Shown: positions 39,255 to 48,944 of the stretch, piece by piece | How the letters are laid out: every line of letters begins with the position of its first letter | How positions within the stretch are numbered: the first letter of the stretch is position 1 | Assembly: GCA_021162745.1 (NCBI GenBank) | Contig: JAGGYC010000113.1 | Location: forward strand, 11,476 to 75,475 | Direction: 5' to 3' | Source: Desulfuromonas sp. | GTDB taxonomy: Bacteria; Desulfobacterota; Desulfuromonadia; Desulfuromonadales; Desulfuromonadaceae | DNA: 64,000 bases | The notes under the pieces: generated by a model | Databases searched by the model: none | What the model was told of the DNA's origin: nothing | What the model saw: only the letters and a program-made list of their open reading frames with translations | Made by a program: the position numbers and the translations under genes

Positions 39255-40154
39255 TTATTCGCTGAGATCAGCCGTACCGCCACCGGGGTTCAGGCAACGC
39301 AGGGTCAGTTCTTGGGCGATCTCTAAAAGTGCTGTTGCCGTTGGTGAATCGGGATCGGACTCGACGATGGGAACCCCGGAGTCTCCGGCTTCAACCATGC
39401 GCGGATCCATGGGGATCGAGCCCAAAAACGGCACGGTCATGTCGGCGGCCATTTTTTGGCCACCACCTTTTTTAAAGATATCGACCACCTCGTTGCAATG
39501 GGGGCAGACGAAGCCGCTCATGTTTTCGATAATACCGAAAATGGGCAGATCCATCTTGCGGCAGAAGGTGACCGACTTGCGTACGTCAACCAGCGCCACT
39601 TTTTGCGGTGTTGTCACCAGCACTGCACCACTGTTTTCACCGAGGAGTTGGACAATGGACAGCGGTTCGTCACCGGTGCCGGGGGGGCAGTCGACCACCA
39701 GGTAGTCGAGTTCGCCCCATTGTACGTCTTTGACAAATTGCTGGATTACTCCCGCTTTGGCCGGGCCGCGCCAGATCAGGGCATCGTCATTGCTTTTGAT
39801 GAGAAAGCCGATGGACATCACCTTGAGGTTGCCGCGTTCAACGGGGAGCATTGAATCTTCGCCGACACCCGGACGCTGTCCTTCCATGCCGAGCAGGGTC
39901 GGGACACTGGGACCATGCAGGTCGATATCCAGCAGGCCGACTTTGGCGCCCTGCTGTGACAGAGCCAAGGCGATGTTGGTTGCCGTGGAGCTTTTACCGA
40001 CGCCACCCTTGCCGGACATGACGACAATCTTGTGCTTGATGGCCGCCAGGTTATTGGCCAGTTTCTCTTCGGCTTGCTGTTTGTCACACGCTTGCTTGTC
40101 GTTGTCGGAACAGTTCCCATTCTTGGAACAGCTGTTACAGGCGTCGTTTGCCAT
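39255..40154 (-). CDS. Mrp/ApbC/NBP35 family Fe-S cluster carrier ATPase
   Basis: MSGKGGVGKS deviant Walker A, DIDLHGPS, VDCPPGTGD, ENMS-x-x-x-CPHC. Confidence 0.93.
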   Translation of the reverse strand: MANDACNSCSKNGNCSDNDKQACDKQQAEEKLANNLAAIKHKIVVMSGKGGVGKSSTATNIALALSQQGAKVGLLDIDLHGPSVPTLLGMEGQRPGVGEDSMLPVERGNLKVMSIGFLIKSNDDALIWRGPAKAGVIQQFVKDVQWGELDYLVVDCPPGTGDEPLSIVQLLGENSGAVLVTTPQKVALVDVRKSVTFCRKMDLPIFGIIENMSGFVCPHCNEVVDIFKKGGGQKMAADMTVPFLGSIPMDPRMVEAGDSGVPIVESDPDSPTATALLEIAQELTLRCLNPGGGTADLSE

Positions 40155-40431
40155 GTGAGTTCTCCTTTTTGTCGCTTATATCGATTAATATATGTATGTA
40201 AGAAAATATCGAATGCCACATGGAGACTAATCCCACAGGGTATGGCTTGTCAATTTAGAATCTTTGTCATGGAACGGGACAATAAAATTTCGTCGTATTA
40301 TCGCAATGTTTAGTTTCATTAAACATCCGTATAACCCCGTTTTATTTTTCTTGACGAGCGATATTGCTGACTGTTAGGTTCAGCAATTGATTTAATCTGC
40401 CACGTACAATCTATTTTAAAACCAGGAGGAA

Positions 40432-41838
40432 ATGATGAAACGACTGTTCATGCTGGTTGCCGTGCTGGTCGCGGTAGCACTGGCTGCGCCAAGTTGGGCG
40501 GCTATTGAGTTCTTTGGTACGGCCAAGGTCAAGCCGACCTACTATGATGATTTCGACTTTAATGACGATGCAAATGATGGATTAACTATCAACGAAGGGG
40601 GGCTGACCAAGGGCGCACATATGCGCGCCGAGCTGCGTCTGGGCTGGAAAGCCCAGGGCGATAAGTGGTCGGTGAAGATGATCACCGAGGCCGACGTGAT
40701 CATGCAGAAGGATACCGCTGATCGTAGCTACTATGTAGGTTCTGACAAATATGAAAATCCGAATACGGGCGGTGAGTTCGGTATCGAGCGTGTTGAGCTG
40801 CTTTACAAATTCAATCCGGCATTCGAACTGCAGACCGGTTGGGATATCCGTGCCCTGGATATCAAGACTGGTGGCCTACTCTACGGCGATGATCATCCGT
40901 TCATCGGTTTCCGCGGCCAACTGGCCGCGAATACTAAGTACGAGTTGCTCTACATCCCGGTTCAAAACTATGTCGATGTAAAGTCTCAGCTGGAAGACAA
41001 ATATCTAGATGCAGTAGATAGTAATGACTGGCGTGTCTATTCACTGAAGCTTAATCGGAAAGTTGGCGGTTTTAACCTCAGCCCATTTGTCGCTTACAGC
41101 GACAATGATGCTCGAGAAGCAGAAGTTGCTTACTACGGTTTTGAAATGACCGGCAAAGCCGGCAAGTTTAAGCCGTCGTTTGAGATCGTGTTTGCTGATG
41201 GTGAGTTCGATGCTGGTAGTGACATCTCCTCCATGGCCGCCTTTGCCGGTATCGAAATGGATGTGTGCAAGGCCTTTACCCCCTATGTCGCTCTGCGTTA
41301 CACCCAAGGCGATGACGATGCGACAGATGACGATGTCGAGGGCTGGGTTGGTATTACCGACATCGGTCGCTTCACTCCGCTGATGGGGATGGACGGCGGC
41401 ATTCTCAGTGAAGATCTCGGTCAGAGCTATGGCGCAACCCTCTACTCCTATTCACCAGAGCGTTTCTCCTCCGTCAATAAGGCTAACTTCTATGGTGGAA
41501 TTGGCAACGGTGGATCTGGTAATAACCCAGGTCAGATTCTGGCTGCGATTGGTGCCAAGGGTGATCTGTCCTCGGTTGTCGACAAGCTGAGCTACAAAAC
41601 CCAAGTGTTCTTCATTTGGTACGATGAGACAGATAATCTGGTCAATGCTAAGGATTCGAGCAAGGATGTTGACGACTATGCTGGTACTACCTTCGATCTG
41701 CAGTTGAAGTATGCTCTCGATAAAAACTTCAGCATCGATTACATCTTTGGTGTCTTTGTGCCGGGTGACGGTATCGAAGATCAATACGGTGACGATGTAG
41801 CGATGACCAACTGTCTGACTCTGGCCTGGACCTATTAA
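40432..41838 (+). CDS. Outer-membrane beta-barrel protein (porin-like)
   Basis: Cleavable signal peptide (APSWA), amphipathic beta-strand pattern, Asp/Gly-rich loops, aromatic C-terminus (LTLAWTY). Confidence 0.75.
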   Translation: MMKRLFMLVAVLVAVALAAPSWAAIEFFGTAKVKPTYYDDFDFNDDANDGLTINEGGLTKGAHMRAELRLGWKAQGDKWSVKMITEADVIMQKDTADRSYYVGSDKYENPNTGGEFGIERVELLYKFNPAFELQTGWDIRALDIKTGGLLYGDDHPFIGFRGQLAANTKYELLYIPVQNYVDVKSQLEDKYLDAVDSNDWRVYSLKLNRKVGGFNLSPFVAYSDNDAREAEVAYYGFEMTGKAGKFKPSFEIVFADGEFDAGSDISSMAAFAGIEMDVCKAFTPYVALRYTQGDDDATDDDVEGWVGITDIGRFTPLMGMDGGILSEDLGQSYGATLYSYSPERFSSVNKANFYGGIGNGGSGNNPGQILAAIGAKGDLSSVVDKLSYKTQVFFIWYDETDNLVNAKDSSKDVDDYAGTTFDLQLKYALDKNFSIDYIFGVFVPGDGIEDQYGDDVAMTNCLTLAWTY

Positions 41839-41870
41839 ACTGTAGTAAAAAGATCCGGAGAGTACTGCTG

Positions 41871-41905
41871 AAAACCCCGGTTCTTGATGGGCCGGGGTTT
41901 TTTTT
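41871..41905 (+). terminator. Intrinsic terminator after the porin gene
   Basis: AAAACCCCGG...CCGGGGTTTT plus T-tract. Confidence 0.8.
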
Positions 41906-41983
41906 GTGTGCGCCCGGCAGGGCGCGTGGCGCGTAAGCGCCATCTGTTCAGTTTGAACAATCTGAAAAGAAAAGGAGGAGCGG

Positions 41984-43483
41984 ATGCGTTGTCGAACACG
42001 CTTGGCTCAGGTGGTGGGCTTGGTGCTGATGCTTTTGTTGTCTTCCGCAGTGCTGGCGGCCAACTGGCCGCAGTTGGAGAAGCGGCTGCAACAGTGGCCG
42101 GGGGAAAAAGAGGTGACGTTGCCGGCGGGGGTCGATCCCTTTGATGACCCGCTGTACGCTTCTGTGGTTGATCTGTTGTTGGAACAGGGTTTTGCCATTT
42201 TGCCGACTGCCGGTGAGGCAAAGGGCGGTCTGGTGCTGAACTTCCGTACCACAAGTCGCGGTCAGATGCTGTTGCTCAAACGGGCTAGCGATGGTGCACT
42301 GCTGGCTATGGAAAAACTGGAGACGGTTACGGTACCGCAAATGAATCCGTTGACCAGTGGGCCGATCACTGAACCGATCGTATTGCGTACGGCACCACGT
42401 CACTCTTCTGCGCAGTTGATCGTTCCGACTCCGGCTATGACGACGGCCTCTGTCCTTTCGGTGCAGCATCCGGTCCAACCCTCGGTTGCCGGTGAAGTGT
42501 TGTTTGAACTCAATGGTGCGCCGCTACAAGTTGTGGTGTGGTCGACAGCCGACGAAGGGCTTGATCTGTACCTGATGTATGATGGTTATGTGCAACGTAT
42601 GCACAGTAATGGTCAAAGCCTGCAGCTGCTTGAACGCTTTACGCCGCCGCTTTCAGTCTCACGGGCATTGCATCTGGAGATCGGCGATTTGAACAGCGAC
42701 GGTCAACCGGAGCTGGCAGCGGTGTGGGCTGAAGATGTGCGCGGCGTGGCCGATGGCACCAATTCGCTGCTGCATAGCTGGGTGTTGACGGTTTCCAGTC
42801 CGGGAATCAAAGCGGTTAGTGATGATCTTGGCGGTTATATTGATTTGGCCGCAGGCCAGGGCCGCCTGCAAAAGCGTGAAGAGTATCGCTCCTTTGCTCC
42901 AGAAGTCTATGCCCTGTCCATGGATAACGGCAGTGTTGCCGTCAGTGGGCAGCCGATTGCGATCGGAACACGGTTGTTGTTCGATCAGCTTGAATGGCCG
43001 GACAGCCAGAGGGCGCTGGTGTGGAACGATGAACAGCGCCTGATGCTGGTCGCTACTTCAGCTAAAACCCGGATTCCGGGATCGACACTGTTGACTGATT
43101 TTGGCCAATACCGCGGTCCGGTGGTGTCTATCCCTCTGGAGGAGCCGGAGTATCGCAGTGGTTTTTCAGCAAATGATCAAGTGTTAGCTCGTGAAGTTTC
43201 ACTGGCGCGGCGTATGGTACGTCGTCAGGATGATGTATTTACGCTGGTGCGTGGACGTTCGGAGGGGATGGCTCTGATTGGGCGTGCTCATGGCGCGGAT
43301 CGCCTGGTGGCGATCAGTAGTGTCGGAAACAGCTTGCAGGCCAGCTATCCGTTTGCAGCCATCGAAGCCTTTATTGTTGATTTTGGCCTCTATGGTGCGC
43401 AGGTGCCGCAGGCGGCAGTGCTCCTCAACGAGAAGGCCGACGGCAGTGGTCGCAGTTACTTGCGGTTGCAGAAGCAGCTGTAG
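41984..43483 (+). CDS. Secreted hypothetical protein with one FG-GAP/VCBS-like motif
   Basis: Signal peptide (AVLA-ANW), GDLNSDGQPELA motif, beta-rich C-terminal half; AGGAGG upstream. Confidence 0.6.
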   Translation: MRCRTRLAQVVGLVLMLLLSSAVLAANWPQLEKRLQQWPGEKEVTLPAGVDPFDDPLYASVVDLLLEQGFAILPTAGEAKGGLVLNFRTTSRGQMLLLKRASDGALLAMEKLETVTVPQMNPLTSGPITEPIVLRTAPRHSSAQLIVPTPAMTTASVLSVQHPVQPSVAGEVLFELNGAPLQVVVWSTADEGLDLYLMYDGYVQRMHSNGQSLQLLERFTPPLSVSRALHLEIGDLNSDGQPELAAVWAEDVRGVADGTNSLLHSWVLTVSSPGIKAVSDDLGGYIDLAAGQGRLQKREEYRSFAPEVYALSMDNGSVAVSGQPIAIGTRLLFDQLEWPDSQRALVWNDEQRLMLVATSAKTRIPGSTLLTDFGQYRGPVVSIPLEEPEYRSGFSANDQVLAREVSLARRMVRRQDDVFTLVRGRSEGMALIGRAHGADRLVAISSVGNSLQASYPFAAIEAFIVDFGLYGAQVPQAAVLLNEKADGSGRSYLRLQKQL

Positions 43484-43530
43484 CTTCGGCTTAGTAACCG
43501 TGTTTGAATTGTGTTGATAGCAGGTCTAAG

Positions 43531-43570
43531 CAAACGGGGGATGGTCACATGACCATCCCCCGTTTGTATT
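43531..43570 (+). repeat. 40-bp palindromic repeat, left copy
   Basis: CAAACGGGGGATGGTCA-CA-TGACCATCCCCCGTTTG-TATT; exact reverse complement of 45460-45499. Confidence 0.95.
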
Positions 43571-43645
43571 TGAACAAAAGGAAAGGGGGCAGGGTTGTCA
43601 AAATACAAGGCTTAACAAGCGGACGTATTTCCCTTCCTTTCTCAT

Positions 43646-44908
43646 TCACAGTTCAAGTGAAAATGGATTTAGGAACTGACGCCCCCAAAGCAGTTTTTTG
43701 TCAATCTCATTGAACTTAGCCTCCCTGCAAACCTCGTCCCAGTGTTGTTCAATGACCATTTTCAGATGCGCAAAAATAGCTCGGGCTTCATCGCTGGAAA
43801 TTAAAAAATGATGCGCGGTTTCGAGGCAGATTTTAAGCTGGCTGAGATTATTGTTGTTTGAAATCAGCATCGCCTGGGAAGCTTCGTTTCCGGTTCGTCC
43901 CTGTGGACAGATGTCGTAGGCTGGCGTAAGTGTCAACTTTTTTCCATCCCAAAAAGCTGCATGGTTTCGTGCGTGATCATCCGTATTGCCGCATAAAATA
44001 TTGAAAACAAGACGTGTAAACAGTTCTTTGAGATTTTTTTTTGGATCGGTAAAACGGTGACGGATGATTTCTGCTAAATCTTCGTAGCTGGCATAACGCG
44101 CCATCATGTCATCAAGGCCTAAAAGGGTAAGTGCTGAAACCATGCACTTTCGCGACCAGCCTTGATTTGAACGTTCGCGATCAAAACGTTTAACCAGCAA
44201 TACGTCTCTACCTGCTGTTCTTGTCAATTTGATCGGTGCAACATCCAGTCCGGCCAAGGCGGCCAGCCTCATGGCGATAAACTCGGCTTTAACGATACTG
44301 TAAAGATCGCTGTTGGAAGAAAACTTGGCCACATATTTTATGCCCTGATCTTCAATCAATGCCTTTGGGCGTGCTCCGCCGATGGAGCTGCCATGAAAAA
44401 GTGCCAGATCCAACTCTGGTGTGAGAGGAACACCTTGTTCAACGCGTTCTGCGGAGTCAAGGAGTTCTGTCAAACTTACATTGTCGGCTGAACGGGGTAT
44501 GTATTCAGATGGCGAATGCTGAAAGTCCAGAGCACCGATACGGTCGGAGCCTGACTCCAGAAAATAGGTTAACTCGTCTAGATCGGCGGTGTCCGTATCT
44601 GTGCCCTTCAGCCCAAGCTTTCTATTGATGATGACCCGCCGTCCCCAAGCATCGGGCGCGGCATCACGAATACAGCCGGGCATATTCAACCCTTGAGGTA
44701 GGGGTAATCTTCCTGCTTTCAGGGGCAACTCCGGTTCGTAAATGGAAATTGCCGGATTTATGTTACTGGTTCGTTCAAGGTAGCTTTTGCCGTAATTGAA
44801 CAGAAGATAACCGTTGTCTGCCTCAAGCTTCCCGGCAACAACTGGCTTGGTGTCGCCGGGCAACCATATCCAGACATAAGCTTCCTTGTTGTTGTGACTA
44901 GAAGTCAT
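43646..44908 (-). CDS. hipA: HipA-family kinase toxin (with HipA N-terminal domain)
   Basis: SIGGARPKA, AKFS, AEFIAM, LVKRFDR, NTDDHARNH, PAYDI. Confidence 0.9.
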   Translation of the reverse strand: MTSSHNNKEAYVWIWLPGDTKPVVAGKLEADNGYLLFNYGKSYLERTSNINPAISIYEPELPLKAGRLPLPQGLNMPGCIRDAAPDAWGRRVIINRKLGLKGTDTDTADLDELTYFLESGSDRIGALDFQHSPSEYIPRSADNVSLTELLDSAERVEQGVPLTPELDLALFHGSSIGGARPKALIEDQGIKYVAKFSSNSDLYSIVKAEFIAMRLAALAGLDVAPIKLTRTAGRDVLLVKRFDRERSNQGWSRKCMVSALTLLGLDDMMARYASYEDLAEIIRHRFTDPKKNLKELFTRLVFNILCGNTDDHARNHAAFWDGKKLTLTPAYDICPQGRTGNEASQAMLISNNNNLSQLKICLETAHHFLISSDEARAIFAHLKMVIEQHWDEVCREAKFNEIDKKLLWGRQFLNPFSLEL

Positions 44909-45236
44909 CGTCTATTACTTTGGTTGATTTGCGTATAGATTTTGGTAACAGAGCCAGCTTTTCATCGGTGTGACGCAGGTGGGTGGCCAATGTTGTTTCG
45001 TCGGCATCGAATAATTTTACTCCGACGATAGTCGCAACTTCAAACACGGCTCCGATTTCACATTTCAGGTCACCTTTTTCAATTCGTTGTAATAGTCCCC
45101 TGGATATTCCGGCGCGATTGGCCACTTCTTGGGCAGTTAGCTTACGTTCCTTGCGCGCGGCGCGAATGAGTCCTCCGAGGAGGGTAACCGCAGTGCGACT
45201 AAAGCGGGAATATGTGCGCGTAATAGATTTCGGCAT
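44898..45236 (-). CDS. XRE-family HTH protein, HipB-like antitoxin
   Basis: IRAARKERKLTAQEVANRAGISRGLLQRIEKG; upstream of and overlapping hipA by 11 bp. Confidence 0.85.
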   Translation of the reverse strand: MPKSITRTYSRFSRTAVTLLGGLIRAARKERKLTAQEVANRAGISRGLLQRIEKGDLKCEIGAVFEVATIVGVKLFDADETTLATHLRHTDEKLALLPKSIRKSTKVIDDDF

Positions 45237-45271
45237 TGGCTGTTTGATCCATATGTAGAGCGTAAGGTGCC

Positions 45272-45321
45272 ATTGTGAGCTTTGTGTGGATCACAATAGG
45301 TGTAATTTGTGGAGTTGTCAA
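45272..45321 (-). promoter_or_regulatory. Sigma70 promoter and operator-like inverted repeat of the TA operon
   Basis: Minus strand TTGACA (45321-45316), 17 bp, TATTGT (45298-45293); inverted repeat ATTGTGA-N12-TCACAAT (45272-45297) overlaps the -10. Confidence 0.65.
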
Positions 45322-45459
45322 GAGAGTGGGGAATGAATGTGTTTTATAAATCCATCAAGGTGGCTGTATACGAATACGTGCTGTAGCAAGAAGTTGGTTG
45401 ACTGAGGGTGGACTTTCGTAGGTTTGAGTTTTGCCGGGTGCCTTGCCGCTTTCAGTTTG

Positions 45460-45499
45460 AATACAAACGGGGGATGGTCATGTGACCATCCCCCGTTTG
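45460..45499 (-). repeat. 40-bp palindromic repeat, right copy (inverted); may also act as the tkt terminator
   Basis: Reverse complement is identical to 43531-43570; locally forms a 21-bp perfect stem (45460-45503). Confidence 0.95.
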
Positions 45500-45533
45500 T
45501 ATTTATAGCGTTATTTATGTGTTGCTTAAGCGC

Positions 45534-47522
45534 TTATTTCGCCAACAGCTGTTGGGCTACTTTCAAAACATTGTCGGCGGTGAAGCCGAAGTGCTCCATC
45601 AGCTGACCACCGGGGGCGCTGGCACCGAAGCCGGTCATGCCGATGACGTCGCCGTCGAGGCCGGTGTAGCGTTCCCAACCGAAGGTGGACGCTGCTTCCA
45701 CCGCCAGCCGCTTGCGGCAGCTGTTGGGGAATACCTGCTCCTTGTAGGCCGCATCCTGTTGCTCAAACAGCTCCCAGCATGGCATGGAGACGACGCGGGT
45801 ACCGACACCCTGCTGTTGCAGTTGCTCGCGGGCGGCGAGGGCATGTTGTACCTCGGAACCACTGGCCATCAGAATCAGTTGCAGTTCACCTTGCTCTTTA
45901 GCCAGCACGTAAGCGCCTTGTTGCAGCCCTTCGGCAGCACCAAACATCGTGCGGTCGAGGGTCGGCAGATTTTGGCGGGTAAAGATCAGTGCGGTGGGGC
46001 CACTACGGGTCAGCAGGGCTGCTTTCCAGGCCTGGGCGGTCTCGTTGGCGTCACAGGGACGGATAACATTGAGGTTTGGTACACTGCGCATGCCGGTCAA
46101 TTGCTCAACGGGCTGATGGGTGGGACCATCCTCGCCGACACCGATGGAATCGTGGGTGAAGACGTAGATGGGTGCGATCCCCATCAATGCAGCCATCCGC
46201 ATCGGCGGGCGCATGTAGTCGGAGAAGATCATGAAGGTGGCACCGAACGGCAGCAGCCCTTGAGTATGGCACAGGCCGTTGAGGATGGAACCCATGGCGT
46301 GTTCACGAATACCGAAGTGGATGTTGCGGTCAGCCGCTTCGGCGCTGAACGCCCCTTCGCCATTGAGGTGGGTATTATTGGACGGTGCCAGGTCGGCACT
46401 GCCACCCATCATCATCGGCAGCCCTGCGGCGAGGGTGTTGAGTACTTGACCGCTGGAGGAGCGAGTCGCCATGGAACCACCGGTCTCAAAGGTGGGCAGC
46501 AGGGCATCGACAGTTTCAGCCGTCAGGGGCTTGTCGGCACACCAGTCGGCCAGGGCGCTGTTGGTCGCTGCTTTGGCATCGCATTGGCCTTGCCACTGTT
46601 GCTCCAGTTCGGCACCGCGCTGTTTTAGCCCGGCCATGTGACTGTACACCGCCTCGGGAACCACGAAACTCTGCTCGGGGTCGAAACCCAGTGCCTGCTT
46701 GGTCAGCTTTAGCTCGTCGCCACCTAGCGGTGCACCGTGAGCGGCTGCGGTGCCCTGCTTGTTTGGGGAGCCTTGACCGATGTTGGTACGGGTGATGATC
46801 ATCGATGGGCGCGGATCACGCTTGGCGCGTTCGATGGCGGCATCGACTTCGGCCAGGTTCTCGCCGGTAACACGCTCGACGTGCCAGCCGTAAGAGAGGT
46901 AACGGGTGGCCACCTCTTCACTGAACGCCAGCGAGGTATCGCCTTCGATGGTGATTTTGTTGTCGAGGTAGAGGTAGACCAGATTGCCCAGTTGCAGATG
47001 GCCGGCCAGGGAGGCGGCCTCGGCGGAAACCCCTTCCATCAGGTCGCCGTCGGAGCAGATGGCATAGGTGGTGTAATCAAACAGTTCCTGATCCAGCTTG
47101 TCTGCCAGGAAGCGGGCGCCCATGGCCATGCCGACGCCAACAGCGATACCTTGACCCAGCGGGCCGGTGGTGGTTTCAACACCTTGAGTATGGCCAAATT
47201 CGGGGTGACCAGGCGTTTTGCTGTCGAACTGACGGAAATTTTTCAGATCGTCGAGGCTGAGATCGTAGCCGCTCAGATGCAGGGTGCTGTAGAGCAGCAT
47301 CGAGGCGTGGCCGCAGGAAAGGATAAAGCGGTCGCGACCGGGCCAGTCCGGGTTGGCCGGGTTGTGGCGCATGTGCTTGGTATAGAGCAGGTAAGCCAGA
47401 GGAGCCCCTTCCATCGGGGTGCCGGGGTGACCGGAATTGGCTTGTTGAACCGCATCCGCAGACAGCAGGCGAATGGTATCAATGGTTTTTTGGGCGAGAA
47501 CAGGGTCGATCTGTGCGTACAT
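45534..47522 (-). CDS. tkt: Transketolase
   Basis: [27 protein letters not shown]-like [30 protein letters not shown]. Confidence 0.98.
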   Translation of the reverse strand: MYAQIDPVLAQKTIDTIRLLSADAVQQANSGHPGTPMEGAPLAYLLYTKHMRHNPANPDWPGRDRFILSCGHASMLLYSTLHLSGYDLSLDDLKNFRQFDSKTPGHPEFGHTQGVETTTGPLGQGIAVGVGMAMGARFLADKLDQELFDYTTYAICSDGDLMEGVSAEAASLAGHLQLGNLVYLYLDNKITIEGDTSLAFSEEVATRYLSYGWHVERVTGENLAEVDAAIERAKRDPRPSMIITRTNIGQGSPNKQGTAAAHGAPLGGDELKLTKQALGFDPEQSFVVPEAVYSHMAGLKQRGAELEQQWQGQCDAKAATNSALADWCADKPLTAETVDALLPTFETGGSMATRSSSGQVLNTLAAGLPMMMGGSADLAPSNNTHLNGEGAFSAEAADRNIHFGIREHAMGSILNGLCHTQGLLPFGATFMIFSDYMRPPMRMAALMGIAPIYVFTHDSIGVGEDGPTHQPVEQLTGMRSVPNLNVIRPCDANETAQAWKAALLTRSGPTALIFTRQNLPTLDRTMFGAAEGLQQGAYVLAKEQGELQLILMASGSEVQHALAAREQLQQQGVGTRVVSMPCWELFEQQDAAYKEQVFPNSCRKRLAVEAASTFGWERYTGLDGDVIGMTGFGASAPGGQLMEHFGFTADNVLKVAQQLLAK

Positions 47523-47696
47523 AGTTGAGGCTCCTTTGGGGGATTGGTAATGTTAGCCCCTAATTCAAGCAGGAATGGCGGTTTTTTGCAAGGAGTGATG
47601 TGGTTGTTGGCGGTCTGTCGCTATTTATGCTGATTTCTGCTACATACATGCGCGATGATGGAAACTGTTTCAGTTGTTAAGATGGTGAGGTGAGAG

Positions 47697-48887
47697 ATGG
47701 ACAGGGTTGATATGGTTGATGTTGTCATTATTGGTGCCGGTGCTTCGGGGTTGATGTGTGCCGCCGCTGCCGGTCAGCGTGGACGGCGGGTGGTTGTGGT
47801 TGATGCCGGTAAACAGGCTGGGCGCAAGGTTCTGATGTCCGGTGGTGGGCGCTGTAATTTCAGTAACTACCACCTTGAGGCCCAACATTTTCTCTCCCAT
47901 AATCACCATTTTTGCAAGTCAGCGCTCAAGCGGTTTTCGCAGTGGGATGTGATCGACATGATGCAGCGCCATCATGTCGCTTATGCCGAGCGCGATCATG
48001 GCCAGCTGTTCTGTGTTGACAGTGCCAAAGATATCCTCGATCTGTTGCTGAAAGAGTGTCGGGACAGTGGCGTTGAGATCCGCCTGGGGCAGAAGATTGT
48101 GACTGTCGAGCGCTGTGCTGACGGTATTTTTGAACTGGAAACAAAAGGTGGCGTGCTGCACTGTCGGTCTCTGGTTGTGGCAACGGGGGGCTTGTCGATC
48201 CCGTCGGCCGGTGCCAGCCCATTCGGCTATCAGTTGGCTGAGCAGTTCGGTATTAAGGTCTGGCCGACACGTCCAGGTCTGGTGCCGTTGACCTTGCAAT
48301 CTGACGATAAGGCGCAGCTCTCGGCTCTGTCCGGTATCGCTGTTGATGCCGAGGTGACAGTGGCCGGCATCAGCTTTCGTGAAAACCTGCTCTTTACCCA
48401 TCGCGGCTTAAGTGGCCCGGTGATCCTGCAGATTTCATCCTACTGGCAACCGGGCCAGCCGATTGTCATCAATCTGTTGCCGGAGCTGGAGATTGTCTCC
48501 TATCTGGAGACAGTGCGTAGTGAGCATCCGAAACGTCAGTTGCGTTCGATATTGGGCCAATTGCTGCCAAAGCGGGTTGTCACCGCCGTTGTGCCGGAGT
48601 TGCTGGGAGATAAGGCTGTTGGTCAATTGTCTGTATCACATCTTGAGCAGCTCAACGAGCTGCTGCACAGCTGGCGGATTGTGCCGAATGGCACCGAGGG
48701 CTACCGCACGGCAGAGGTGACCCTCGGCGGCGTGGACTGCAATGCCCTGTCATCAAAAACCTTTGAGTCGCGTCAGGTGGGTGGTTTGTTCTTTGTCGGT
48801 GAAGTGGTGGATGTCGTTGGCTGGCTGGGGGGCTATAACCTGCAATGGGCGTGGTCGTCGGGCTGGTGTGCCGGGCAATACGTTTAA
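47697..48887 (+). CDS. HI0933/YhiN(BaiN)-family flavoprotein oxidoreductase
   Basis: IGAGASG, GRKVLMSGGGRCNFSN, LFTHRGLSGP, GEVVDVVGWLGGYNLQWAWSSG. Confidence 0.93.
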   Translation: MDRVDMVDVVIIGAGASGLMCAAAAGQRGRRVVVVDAGKQAGRKVLMSGGGRCNFSNYHLEAQHFLSHNHHFCKSALKRFSQWDVIDMMQRHHVAYAERDHGQLFCVDSAKDILDLLLKECRDSGVEIRLGQKIVTVERCADGIFELETKGGVLHCRSLVVATGGLSIPSAGASPFGYQLAEQFGIKVWPTRPGLVPLTLQSDDKAQLSALSGIAVDAEVTVAGISFRENLLFTHRGLSGPVILQISSYWQPGQPIVINLLPELEIVSYLETVRSEHPKRQLRSILGQLLPKRVVTAVVPELLGDKAVGQLSVSHLEQLNELLHSWRIVPNGTEGYRTAEVTLGGVDCNALSSKTFESRQVGGLFFVGEVVDVVGWLGGYNLQWAWSSGWCAGQYV

Positions 48888-48924
48888 AAAAACGGCCCGC
48901 TGTCATCCATGACAGCGGGCCGTT
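48886..48924. terminator. Terminator between convergent genes
   Basis: Perfect 16-bp stem AACGGCCCGCTGTCAT / ATGACAGCGGGCCGTT preceded by an A-tract. Confidence 0.8.
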
Positions 48925-48944
48925 GGTTTGTTCGGTATTAAATT

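Noticed and set aside
45519-46628. 369-aa ORF antisense to tkt (likewise 46737-47528)
   Set aside because: Lies entirely opposite a conserved gene; no recognisable motifs; typical shadow ORF from codon bias.
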